Positions 1 to 10,437 of a stretch of DNA of 64,000 nucleotides are shown piece by piece. The notes beneath the pieces are model-generated. The model was given only the letters and a program-made list of their open reading frames with translations. It was not told the origin of the DNA and made no database searches. This DNA comes from Malacoraja senta (taxonomy: Eukaryota). Within the stretch, counting starts at the first letter, position 1, and each line of letters starts with the position of its first letter. The position numbers and the translations under genes were made by a program. The stretch spans positions 620,001 to 684,000 of the forward strand of contig JAXLNO010002938.1 in assembly GCA_038087875.1 (NCBI GenBank), given 5' to 3'.

Positions 1-722
1 TTCTCTCCCCCCCTCTCTCTCTCCTTCTCTCTCCCCCCTCTCTCACCCCCCCTGTCTCCCTCACCCCCCCTCTCCCTACCCTCCTCTCTCTACCCTCCTC
101 TCTCCACTCCTCTCTCTCTCTACTATCTCCCAGCCCTGCACTCTCTCTCTCCCCTCTCTCCTCCCTCCCCTTGTCGCTCCCCTCTCTCTGTCCCCCCTCA
201 CCCCCTCTACCCCGCTCTCTCCGTCTATCCCCACTGCTCCCTCTCTATGCCCCTCACTCTCAGCCTGCCTCTCTCTCCCCCTCTCTCTCCCCCTCTCTTT
301 CCCACTCTCCCCCCCCTCTCTATCTCATTCCTCTCTCTCCCCCTCTCTCTCTCTTATTCCACTCTCTCTCTCCCTCTCTCTCTCCTCCCCTCCCCCTCTC
401 TCACCACCCTCTCTCTCCCCCTGTCTCCCCTCCCCCTCCCCCTCCCTTTCTTTCGTCTCGCTCCCCTCTCTCCCCTCTCTCTCTTCCTTCTCTCCACCCC
501 CACTCCCCCTCTTTGCCCCTCTCTCCCCCTATCCCCCCCTCTCTCCCCTGTCCCTCGCTCACCCTCTTCCGCCACTCTCTCTCCTCCCTCTCTCTCTCTC
601 ACCCACTCCCTGACCCTCCCCTGTCTCTCTTCCCCCTCTCTCTCCCTCTCCCTCTCTTCTTCCTCTCTCTCCCTCACCCCTCTCTCTCCCCCCTCTCTCT
701 CCCCCACTATTTCTCCCTCTGT

Positions 723-960
723 CATAGATACATAGATACATAGAAAATAGGTGCAGGAGTAGGCCCTTCGGCCCTTCGAGCCTGCACCGTCATTCAATAT
801 GATCATGGCTGATCATCCTACTCAGTATCCCGTACCGGCCTTCTCTCCATACCCCCTGATCCCGTTAGCCACAAGGGCCACATCTAACTCCCTCTTAAAT
901 ATAGCCAATGAACTGGCCTCAACTACCCTCTGTGGCAGAGAGTTCCAGAGATGCACCACT
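723..960 (-). mobile_element. 5'-truncated CR1 LINE 3' end
   Basis: Minus strand reads VVHLWNSLPQRVVEASSLAIFKRELDVALVANGIRGYGEKAGTGY* followed by a 3' UTR and CTATGT-type tail, near-identical to the end of the CR1 at 48003-49797. Confidence 0.9.
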
Positions 961-1391
961 CTCGCTCCCCCCTCTCGCTCCCACTCTCGCCCCTCCCCTC
1001 TCTCCCCCTCTCGCTCCACCTCGCTCTCCACCTCTCTCTCCCCATCTCTCTCCCCCTCTCTACCGCTCTCTCCATCTCTCTCCGCCCACTCACCCCTCCC
1101 CCTCGCCTCTCTACCCATCTCTACCCCACTCACTCCATCTCTCTCCGCCCTCACACCACTCTCCCCCTCCCCCTCCCCCTCTCACCCGCTCTCCCCCTGC
1201 TCCCCTCCCTCCACTCTCTCCCCCTCTCTCTCTATCCCATCTCTCCCTCTTCCTCTCTCTCTCCTCTCTCTCTCTCCCCCTCTCTCTCTCTCGTTCCCCT
1301 CTCCCTCCATCCCTTCTCTCTACTCCCCCTCTCTTTCACCCTCTCTCTCTCCCTCGCTCACTACCCTGCCCTGTCCCCCCTCTATCCCCCT

Positions 1392-1536
1392 NNNNNNNNN
1401 NNNNNNNNNNNNNNNNNNNNNNNNNNNNNNNNNNNNNNNNNNNNNNNNNNNNNNNNNNNNNNNNNNNNNNNNNNNNNNNNNNNNNNNNNNNNNNNNNNNN
1501 NNNNNNNNNNNNNNNNNNNNNNNNNNNNNNNNNNNN
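1392..1536. other. Assembly gap (145 N)
   Basis: N run. Confidence 1.
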
Positions 1537-2670
1537 CCCCCTCTCCCCTCACCCGCTCTCCCCCTCGCCCCCTCTCCCCCACTCCCCCTCATCCCCTCTC
1601 CCCCTCTCCCACTTCTCTCTCGCCCTTCTTTCTCCCCCCTTATCTCAACCCCCTCTGCCCCCCCTGTCTCCCCCACTCCCCCCTCTCTCTTCTTCCCCCT
1701 GCTCTTACGCACCCTCTATTCCCCCCTCTCTCTCTCCCCACTCAGTCTCTCTCCCCTCTCCCCTCCTCTCTCTCCCCCACTCTCTCTCCCCGAATCTCTC
1801 GCCCTCTCTCTCTCCCTCACTCTTACCCTCTCTCTCCCCCTCTGTCCCCTCCCGTCTCACTCCCCCTCTCTCTCTCCCTCCTCTCTCTCTCCTCTCTCCC
1901 CTCTCTCTCTCCCCCGTTCTCTCCCCCATCTCTCTTCCCCCGTTTATCTCCCCCTCTCTCTCCCCCCTTCTCTCTCTCCCTCTCCCTCCTCCTCTCTCTC
2001 TCCTCCTCTCTCTCCCCTCATCTCTCCCCTCCTCTATCTCTCCTCCTGTACTCCCTCCCCTCTCTCTATTTTCCCACTCACTCCCCTTCCCGCTCTCTCC
2101 CTCTATCCTCCATCTTCCCACACTCTCTGAACCTCATTCTCTGCCTGCCTCTCTCTCCCCCCTCCCTCTCACACTCTGTCTCTCCCTCTCTCCCTCTCTC
2201 TCTCTCCCCCTCTCTCTCTCTCTCTCTCTCTCTCTCCCCGCTCCCTCTCCCTCGACACCTCTCTACCCCATCTACCCCCCTTCTTCCCCCCCTCTCCACC
2301 ACCGATTCCTCTCTCCCTCCCTCTTTCCCATCCTCCACTCACTCCCCCCTCTCGCCCCCATCCCCCTCTCTCCCCTCTCTCCTCCCCCTTTCACCCCCTG
2401 TCTCTCCCATCGCCCCCTCTCATTCCCCCTCTTCTCCCTCTGCCCCACTCTCCCTTCTCTCTCTCCACGTCTTTCTCTCTTTATCTTCCCCTACTCTACC
2501 TTTTTCCCCTCTTCTCCACCTCTCCCCCTCTCTCCCCCTTTCCCCCTCTCTCTCCGCCCTCTCACTCCAACCTCTCTCCCTTCACTTTCTTTCGACACTC
2601 TCTCCGCCCACCCTCTCTCCCCATCTATCTTCCCCCGCTCACTCTCCCCCCTCTCCACCCCCCTCCCTCG

Positions 2671-2701
<31 letters not shown>

Positions 2702-3568
2702 TCTATCTCCTTCTCTTCCTCTCTCTCCCTCTCTCTCTCTCTTCTCTCTTTCTCTCCCCTCTCTTCCCCCTCTCTCTCTTCCCCACTCTCTCTCCCCTAT
2801 TTTTCCGCTCTTTCTCCCCCTCCCTCCCACCGTTTCAATCTCTCTCCCCGCTCTCTCTCTCCCCCTATCTCTGACCCTCTCTCACCCCCTCTCTCCCCTC
2901 CCATTGCTCTCCCCTCTCTCTGCACCTCTCTCTCCCCCTCTCTCTCCCTCCTCTTGCTCTCTGTCCCTCTCTTTCTCCCCCCACACTCTGAATCTCTCCC
3001 CCACTATCTCCATATCTTTCTCTCTCTCTCTCCCCTCTCTCTATCCCCCTCTCTCTTTCTCCGCACTCACCCCCCTCTCTCTTCCCATCTCTCTCCCCTC
3101 TCTCTAGCCCCATATCCCCCTCTCTCCGTCTTTCTCTCTCCATCTCCCCTCTCTCTACCCCTCTCACCCCGTCTCTCTCTCTCCACTCACTCTCACCTCC
3201 CTCTCTCCCTCTCTTTCCCCCCATCTCTTCCCACCCCTCACCCCACCCCTCTACCCCCTCACCTCCCTTCTCTCTCTCCCGTCTCTCTCTCCCCCCTCTC
3301 TCTCGCCCCCCCTATCCCCCTCTCTCACCTCCCTCTCTCCCCGTCTCTCCCGCCCACTCGCTTTCCCCCACACTCTCTCCCGTCTCTCTCCCACTCCCCC
3401 TCCCTCTCCCTCCCCTCGCTCTCACCCTCCCCTCTCTTTCTCCCCTCTCACCCTCTCACTCTCTCTCCCTCCTCTCTCACCCTCCCTCTCACTTTGTCCC
3501 ACTCTCACCCTGTCCTCTCCACCCTCTTTCATCCTTCCTCCTCTCTCTCTCTCCCCCCATTCTCTCTC

Positions 3569-3768
3569 NNNNNNNNNNNNNNNNNNNNNNNNNNNNNNNN
3601 NNNNNNNNNNNNNNNNNNNNNNNNNNNNNNNNNNNNNNNNNNNNNNNNNNNNNNNNNNNNNNNNNNNNNNNNNNNNNNNNNNNNNNNNNNNNNNNNNNNN
3701 NNNNNNNNNNNNNNNNNNNNNNNNNNNNNNNNNNNNNNNNNNNNNNNNNNNNNNNNNNNNNNNNNNNN
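3569..3768. other. Assembly gap (exactly 200 N, probably an unsized join)
   Basis: N run of round length, at the position where copy A alpha1 would be expected by analogy with copy B. Confidence 0.95.
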
Positions 3769-5174
3769 CACACTCACTCACACACACACCACACAACCAC
3801 ACACACACCCACACCCACACACTCGCTCACACACACCCACGCACACACTCACTCACACACACCCACGCACACACTCACTCACACACACACCCACACACCC
3901 CACGCCCACACACACACAACCCACCCACCCCACCCCCACCCCACCCCACCCGCACCCTCCCCACCCCACCAATCCAGTGTTGTGTGGTGGGTGACTGTAA
4001 GGCACTGTTGCAGTAATCAATTTACTTGACTACAATCGACGTGATCAAGTCCCCCATGGCAGCTGATCCAGATACAAGAGATCCACGGTGATTTAATTCA
4101 GTTTGCTTTGGAGATACAGCATGGAAACAGGCCCTTCAGCCCACCGAGTTCATGCTGACCATCGATCACTCATTCACACTTGTTCCATGTTATCCCACTT
4201 TCAAATCCACTTTCCACACACCAGGGATATTTTACAAAGGCCAATTAACCTGCACAATGTCCCCCACTAGAGGGCATAGTTATAAGCTGAGATGTACAGG
4301 GAAAGGTTTATTTACACAGAGTAGTGGGGGCCTGGAACACATTGCCAGGGATGGTGGTGGGCAGATATTGTGTACTCTGGTCGTCTCCTGCCCTCCCACT
4401 GCCAGCCCAACTTCCACACCTCGCCAAGCCTCCTGCATGGCCGTGCCTCACCCATTAACGTGCCCGGACTGAGCTGTGCCCAGCACTGGGTCTCGGGGTT
4501 AGACTCGCAGTCACACAGTTCAACTCTTCTGTCATTGTGTGGCAGCTTTTGCCTCTTCATGTCTGCCCTTGTCCATCTACCCATCAACCCCCCACCATGT
4601 ATCCACCTATCACTCACCAGACCCTCCCCCACCTCTTCCAGCTTTCTTCCCCCCCCCCCCCACCACAATCTGTCTGCTGTCTGAAGAAGGGCCCGATCTG
4701 AAACATCACCTGTCCATTTTCTCCAGAGATGCTGCCTGACCTTTTGTAAACCAGCATCTACATGTCCTTATGTTTCCCACCCATGTACCTGTCCATGTGT
4801 CTTTTAAACAGTGTAATCAAACGTTAGACTCAACACTGGGAAAAGACTGTGAGCATCCACTTTATAGAGGCTTGAGCATATGGAGGTGTATAAAATCATG
4901 AGGGGATTATCCAGGCTCGGAGAGTCAAGAACCAGAGAGCACAGGTTTAAGGTGAGAGGGGCAAGGTTTAATAACAACTTGGGGGCAACTTTTTCACTCC
5001 AAGGGTGATGGGTGTTTGGACAAAGCTGCCAGAGGCCGGGTCAAACCTGTCCTCACCCTCTACACTTCTCCTTTCACCTCTCACATGCTCCAAGTTAAAG
5101 GTGTAGCCATGAGCACCTGCATGGGCCCCAGCTGTGCCTGCCTTTTTATTATTTACGTTAAGCAGTCCTAGAAA

Positions 5175-6420
5175 CATAGAAAACATAGAAAAATAGGTGC
5201 AACATTAGGCCATTCGGCCCTTCATGCCAGCAATGCCACTCAATATGATCATGGCAGGTCATCTAAAATGAATACCCCGTTCCCCGTACCCCTTGATTCC
5301 TTCATCCCTAAAAGCTAAATTTAACTTTCTCTTGAAAACATCCAGTGAATTTACCGCCATTGCCTTCTGGGGCAGAGAATTCCACAGATTCTCAACTCTC
5401 TTGGTGAAAACGCTTTTCCTCATCTCAGTCCTAAATGGCCTGCCCCTTATTCTTATACTGTGGCTAGACAAAAATGCTGGAGAAACTCAGCGGGCGAAGG
5501 AAATAGGCAACGTTTCGGGCCGAAACCCTTCTTGAGACTGATGTGAGGGGGGGGGGGGAAAGAAAGGAAGAGGTGGAGCCAGAGGGCGGAGGGACAGCTG
5601 AGAAGGGGAGGAGACAGTAAGGTCGACCTGAAATTAGAGAAGTCAATGTTCATACCGCTGGGGTGCAAACTGCCCAAGGGAAATATGAGGTGCTGCTCCT
5701 CCAATTTACTCCTCCCCCCTCCGAAAAAGTTCCTTCATAAACTGTGATCCCTGGTTCTGGACTCCCCCAACAGCGGGAACATTTTTCCTGAATCTATCCT
5801 GTCCAATCCTTCAAGAATTGTATATGTTTCTATAAGATTCCCTCTCATCCTTCTAAATTCCAGTGAATATAGGCCCAGTCGACCAATTCTTTTATCATAT
5901 GTCAGTCCCGCCATCCCGGGAATTAACCTGGTGAACCTACACTGCATTCCCTCAATAGCAAGAATGTCCTTCCTCAAATTAAGAGTCCAAAGATGCACAC
6001 AATACTCCAGGTGTGGTCTCACCAGGGCCCTGTACAACTGCAGTAGGGCCTCCTTGCTCCAAAACTCAAATCCTCTTGCAATGAAGGACAAATTCTTCAC
6101 TGCCTGCTGTACTTGCATGCTTACGTTCTGTGACTGATGTACAAGGACACCCAGGTCTCGTTGCACCTCCTCTTTTCCTAATCTGACAACATTCAGACAA
6201 TAATCTGATTTCCAGTTCTTGCCACCAAAGTGGATAACCTCACATTTATCCACATTATACTGCATCTGCCAAGCATCTGCCCACTCACCCAACCTATCCA
6301 AGTCACCCTGCAGCCTCATAGCATCCTCCTCGCAGCTCACACGGCCATCCAGCTTTGTGTCATCCGCAAACTTGGAGATGGTACATTTAATTTCCTCATC
6401 TAAATCATTAAGAAATATTA
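5175..6420 (-). mobile_element. CR1 LINE RT 3' fragment with a nested Penelope-type tail (~5465-5710)
   Basis: ORF 5735-6472 contains the KFADDTKL, QYNVDKC and RPHLEYC motifs. Its paralogue is at ~26105-27360. Confidence 0.9.
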
Positions 6421-6429
6421 TAAATAACA

Positions 6430-6790
6430 ATATTTTGTCCTTATTCCAAACGTACACTGGTACCTCCCACAACTCTTTCTCCGCTACATCAACGACTGCA
6501 TCGGGGCTACCACCTGCACCCGTGCAGAACTCATTGATTTAATTAACTTCATCACTAACCCACGCTGCCCTCACATTCACCTGGACTTTCTCTGATGCCG
6601 CTCTCCCCTCTCGTGATCTCTCTGTCTCCAAAACTGGGGACAGACTATTGACTGATGTCTACTACAAACCTATCGACTCACACAGTTATCTCCACTACAC
6701 CTCCTCCCACCCTGACTTTTGTAAATACACTATTCCCTGCTCCCAATGTCTCTGCCTCTGCCTCATCTGCTCCCAAGATGAGACTTTCCA
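6430..6790 (+). mobile_element. Degenerate Penelope-like RT fragment
   Basis: Bases CTCCGCTACATCAACGACTGCATCGGG read LRYINDCIG (a decayed YIDD motif), followed by YYKP-type sequence. Its paralogue is at ~27370-27950. Confidence 0.65.
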
Positions 6791-7354
6791 CTCCATCGAT
6801 AGGTGACGTTTTGGGTTGAGATCCTTCTTCAGACTTTCCAGAAATGCTGCCTGACCTGCCGAGTTCCTCCAGCACTTTATGTCCTCTTGTGTAATAACCT
6901 ACCAGCATCTACAGTTCTTTGTTTCTACTACTTAATATGCTGTAAGACCAACAGCACCGCCTCTTTTATAATGTGGATTCATTCCAAGACATGGCTGTTC
7001 ATTTCCTCTAATTCTTGGCTTCTATGACCTTCTGTACTGTAAATACAGTTGCAACCTCACCAATCTCCTGTGGATTCACACACAGACCATCATATTCATC
7101 CTGCACGGATTCTAATCTCTCAAAAATTACCCTTTTGCTATTTACATACTTGTAGAAACTCAGGATGCTCCTTTAACCTATCTGCCAAATCTCTCATCTC
7201 CCTTATTTAACCTCCTGATCTCCCTGTTTCAATGTACCAGGGGTTATTATGCTGTGCCCAGCCCGACACTGACCCTCACCCACTGACTGGTGAACCCTGT
7301 GCCCATCTGACCACTGACCCCATCATCCCCTGACCGGAACAAGGGTGCCCAGCC

Positions 7355-7515
7355 CGACACTGACCCTCACCCACACACTGACCCTCACCCACTGACACTG
7401 ACCCTCACCCAGACAGTGACCCTCACCCACACACTGACCCTAACCCACACACTGACCCTCACCCACACACTGACCCTCACCCACACACTGACCCTCACCC
7501 ACACACTGACCCTCA
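7355..7515. repeat. 18-bp minisatellite (ACTGACCCTCACCCACAC)n in class I intron 1, copy A
   Basis: About 9 tandem units directly visible. Confidence 0.95.
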
Positions 7516-7563
7516 GCCACTGTGGGGGACTGGGTTGCCAGCCCATCACTTCCCCTCACCCAC

Positions 7564-7630
7564 CTGCAGCCTGGGCTCCAGCCAGGAGGGCGGGCAGCAG
7601 CAGCAGCGGCAGCAGCAGCGGACACCACAT
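7564..7630 (-). CDS. MHC class I heavy chain exon 1 (signal peptide), gene A
   Basis: GCGACC-ATG context, encodes MWCPLLLPLLLLPALLAGAQAA+G, phase-1 donor CAG|GTGGGT. Paralogous to the gene B leader and preceded by an SXY promoter. Downstream exons are not visible. Confidence 0.85.
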
Positions 7631-7843
7631 GGTCGCCCCCGACTGTCCAGGTTGTGGTGAGTTTGCGAGTCCTGGGCGCATGCGCGGTTCACTCTGCTCC
7701 GCTCGCCCGCCCGCTTCACCCCCGCACCCCGCGCTGATTGGTCGGCGCCGTGTCCGCGGCCAATCACAGTCCTGCCCGCCCGTGAGTCACCGGTCTCCGG
7801 GCAGAACAGCCCCGAGAAGTTGGTGAAAAATAGCCCAGTCTGT

Positions 7844-7906
7844 CCAATCAGCGGCACAGCTGACGCCGCGTCACCGGTTGCCGGGTAGAGAAGAGCGCGG
7901 CAGGTT
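7844..7906 (-). promoter_or_regulatory. S-X1/X2-Y (enhanceosome) module, gene A
   Basis: Minus strand: AACCT (7902-7906), 16 nt, CCCGGCAACCGGTG (7872-7885) overlapping TGACGCG (7867-7873), 20 nt, CTGATTGG (7844-7851). Further CCAAT boxes, TGACTCA and GCGCATGCGC lie closer to the ATG. Confidence 0.85.
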
Positions 7907-7907
7907 A

Positions 7908-8839
7908 TCAAGTCAAGTCAAGAATCAAGAATCAAGTTTCCTTTATTGTCATTCAGACCTTTCGGTCTGAACGAAATTGTGATGCCTGCAGTCATACACA
8001 GAACCAATAATAACAAAACATACAATAAACACAAATTAAACATCCACCACAGTGAGTTCACCAAGCACACCCTCACTGTGATGGAGGCAAAGTCTTAGTC
8101 TCCGTCTCTTCCCTCCTTGTTCTCCCTCTGCGCTGAGGCGATCGATCCAGGCCGAAGATGCCGCCCTCCATTCCAGCGGACCTCCGTGGTGATGTCGCCG
8201 CCGCCGAAAGCCGGAACGCCGTCTCCGCTCCGAGACGGCCCGCCACAGCATGAGCCCCGGGTCCCGAAGTCTCCGCTCCGGGCCACCGCCCCAGCTCCAG
8301 GCCCCGTAGTCTCCGCTCCGGACCCCGCTGCACCAGCTCCAGGTCCCGCATTCTCCGCTCCGGACCCCGCTGTGTCAGCTCCAGGTCCGAAGTCTCCGCT
8401 CGGGCCACCGCCCCAGCTCCAGGCCCCGCAGTCTCCGCTCCGGACCCCGCTGTATCAGCTCCAGGTCCCGCAGTCTCCGCTCCGGACCCCGCTGTATCAG
8501 CTCCAGGTCCCGCAGTCTCCGCTCCGGACCCCGCTGTATCAGCTCCAGGTCCCGCAGTCTCCGCTCCGGACCCCGCTGTATCAGCTCCAGGTCCCGCAGT
8601 CTCCGCTCCGGACCCCGCTGTATCAGCTCCAGGTCCCGCAGTCTCCGCTCCGGACCCCGCTGTATCAGCTCCAGGTCCCGCAGTCTCCGCTCCGGACCCC
8701 GCTGCATCAGCTCCAGGCCCCGTAGTCTCCGCTCCGGACCCCGCTGTATCAGCTCCAGGTCCCGAAGTCTCCGCTCCGGACCCCGCTGCATCAGCCAGGC
8801 CGCCGCCGAAAGCCAGAACGCCGCACCAGCAAGTGTGTC
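7908..8839 (-). mobile_element. Non-autonomous retroelement with internal 42-bp VNTR and Rex1/L2-type 3' tail, inserted in promoter A
   Basis: 19-bp TSD AGAAGAGCGCGGCAGGTTA (7889-7907 and 8840-8858); absent from copy B; tail ATTTCGTT-stemloop-AATGACAATAAA-(CTTGATT/CTTGA)n. Confidence 0.85.
8293..8791. repeat. 42-bp GC-rich VNTR (CAGCTCCAGGTCCCGCAGTCTCCGCTCCGGACCCCGCTGTAT)n
   Basis: About 12 tandem units; these explain the QLQVPQSPLRTPLY and LIQRGPERRLRDLE repeat ORFs. Confidence 0.95.
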
Positions 8840-8864
8840 AGAAGAGCGCGGCAGGTTAGCTCAT

Positions 8865-8876
8865 GAAACCGAAAGT
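8865..8876. promoter_or_regulatory. ISRE/IRF element of gene A (displaced)
   Basis: GAAACCGAAAGT matches the IRF consensus GAAANNGAAA. It lies 958 nt from the first S box versus 7 nt in copy B. Confidence 0.75.
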
Positions 8877-9665
8877 GTGAAGCGGGAGAGAGAGGTGGGG
8901 CCCACCGACACAGACCCTGACACAGACCCTGACACAGACCCTGACACAGACCCTGACACAGACCCTGACACAGACCCTGACACACAGACCCTGACACACA
9001 GACCCTGACACAGACCCTGACACACAGACCCTGACACACAGACCCCGACACAGACCCTGCAACACAGACCCTGACACAGACCCTGACACAGACCCTGACA
9101 CACAGACCCTGACACACAGACCCTGACACAGACCCCGACACACAGACCCTGACACACAGACCCTGATACAGACCCTGACACAGACCCTGACACAGACCCT
9201 GACACACAGACCCTGACACACAGACCCTGGCACAGACCCCGACACACAGACCCTGACACACAGACCCTGATACAGACCCTGACACAGACCCTGACACAGA
9301 CCCTGACACAGACCCTGACACACAGACCCTGACACGCAGACCCTGACACAGACCCTGACACACATACCTTGACACAGACCCTGACACAGACCCTGACACA
9401 CAGACCCTGACACACAGACCCTGACACAGACCCTGACACACAGACCCTGACACACAGACCCCGACACAGACCCTGATACAGACCCTGACACAGACCCTGA
9501 CACAGACCCTGACACACAGACCCTGACACACAGACCCTGACACAGACCCCGACACACAGACCCTGACACACAGACCCTGATACAGACCCTGACACAGACC
9601 CTGACACAGACCCTGACACACAGACCCTGACACACAGACCCTGACACAGATCCTGACACACAGAG

Positions 9666-10437
9666 TTTTTAAAGAGTTAAAGAAGGAACTGCAGATGCTG
9701 GAAAATCGAAGGTACACAAAAATGCTGGAGAAACTCAGCGGGTGCAGCAGCATCTATGGAGCGAAGGAAATAGGTAACGTTTCGGGCCGAAACCCTTCTT
9801 CAGACTGATAGGGGGTGGGGAGAAGAAAGGAAAAAGGAAAAAGGCGGAGGAGGAGCCCGAGGGCTGGGGGGGGGGGGGGGGGGAAGGAGACAACCAGATG
9901 GCTGATGAAGGGGAGGGGACAGCAAGGGCTAGCAGAATTGGGAGAATTCAATGTTCAAGCCCCCAGGATGTAGACTGCCCAAGCGGAATATGAGGTGCAT
10001 TTCCTCCAATTTACGGTGTTGCTCGCTGTGGCCACGGAGGAGACCCAGGACAGAGAGGTCAGATACGGAATGGGAGGGGGAGTTGAAGTGCTGAGCTACC
10101 GGGAGTTCAGGTTGGTTATTGCGGACCGACCGGAGGTGTTCGGCGAAACGATCTCCAAGCCTCCGCTTGGTCTCACCGATGTAGATCAGCTGGCATCTAG
10201 AGCAGCGAATGCAATAGATGAGGTTGGAGGAGATGCAGGTGAACCTCTGTCGCACCTGGAACGACTGCTTCGGTCCTTGAATGGAGTTGAGGGGGGAGGT
10301 GAAGGGACAAGTGTTGCATCTCTTGCGGTTGCAAGGGAAAGTACCAGGGGAGGGGGTGGTATGGGAGGGAAGGGAAGAATTGACAAGGGAGTTACGGAGG
10401 GAGCGGTCTTTGCGGAAGGCAGACATGGGGGGGAGAT
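9666..10437 (-). mobile_element. 5'-truncated Penelope-like element: GIY-YIG endonuclease C-terminus plus terminal repeat
   Basis: Reading frame ending at 9929: ...CNRKRCNTC...NLIYCIRCSRCQLIYIGETKRRLGDRFAEHLRSVR...LNIEFSQFC*, followed by a tail with a hammerhead-like core. Absent from copy B. Confidence 0.9.
9776..9803 (-). ncRNA. Minimal type-I hammerhead-like core in a Penelope tail
   Basis: CTGAAGA-A-GGGT(TTCG)GCCC-GAAACGTT. Similar intact cores at 28615-28642(+) and 31217-31244(+); degenerate copies near 4681, 5515, 6805, 12196, 26440, 28500 and 41774. Stem I is weak (2 bp). Confidence 0.55.

Larger units (their letters stand above)
1..3568. repeat. Long degenerate (CT/CCCT)n polypyrimidine low-complexity tract
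   Basis: Plus strand is almost entirely C/T. It is interrupted only by a CR1 tail (~723-960) and an N gap. The long Ser/Leu/Pro ORFs here are compositional artefacts. Confidence 0.95.

Noticed and set aside
171-3994. Very long Ser/Leu/Pro-rich and Arg/Glu/Gly-rich ORFs (up to 1028 aa)
   Set aside because: They are translations of CT/GA low-complexity DNA that cannot encode stops, and they run through N gaps.
8117-8791. Repeat-protein ORFs (QLQVPQSPLRTPLY)n and (LIQRGPERRLRDLE)n
   Set aside because: They are translations of the 42-bp VNTR inside a TSD-flanked insertion; no coding evidence.
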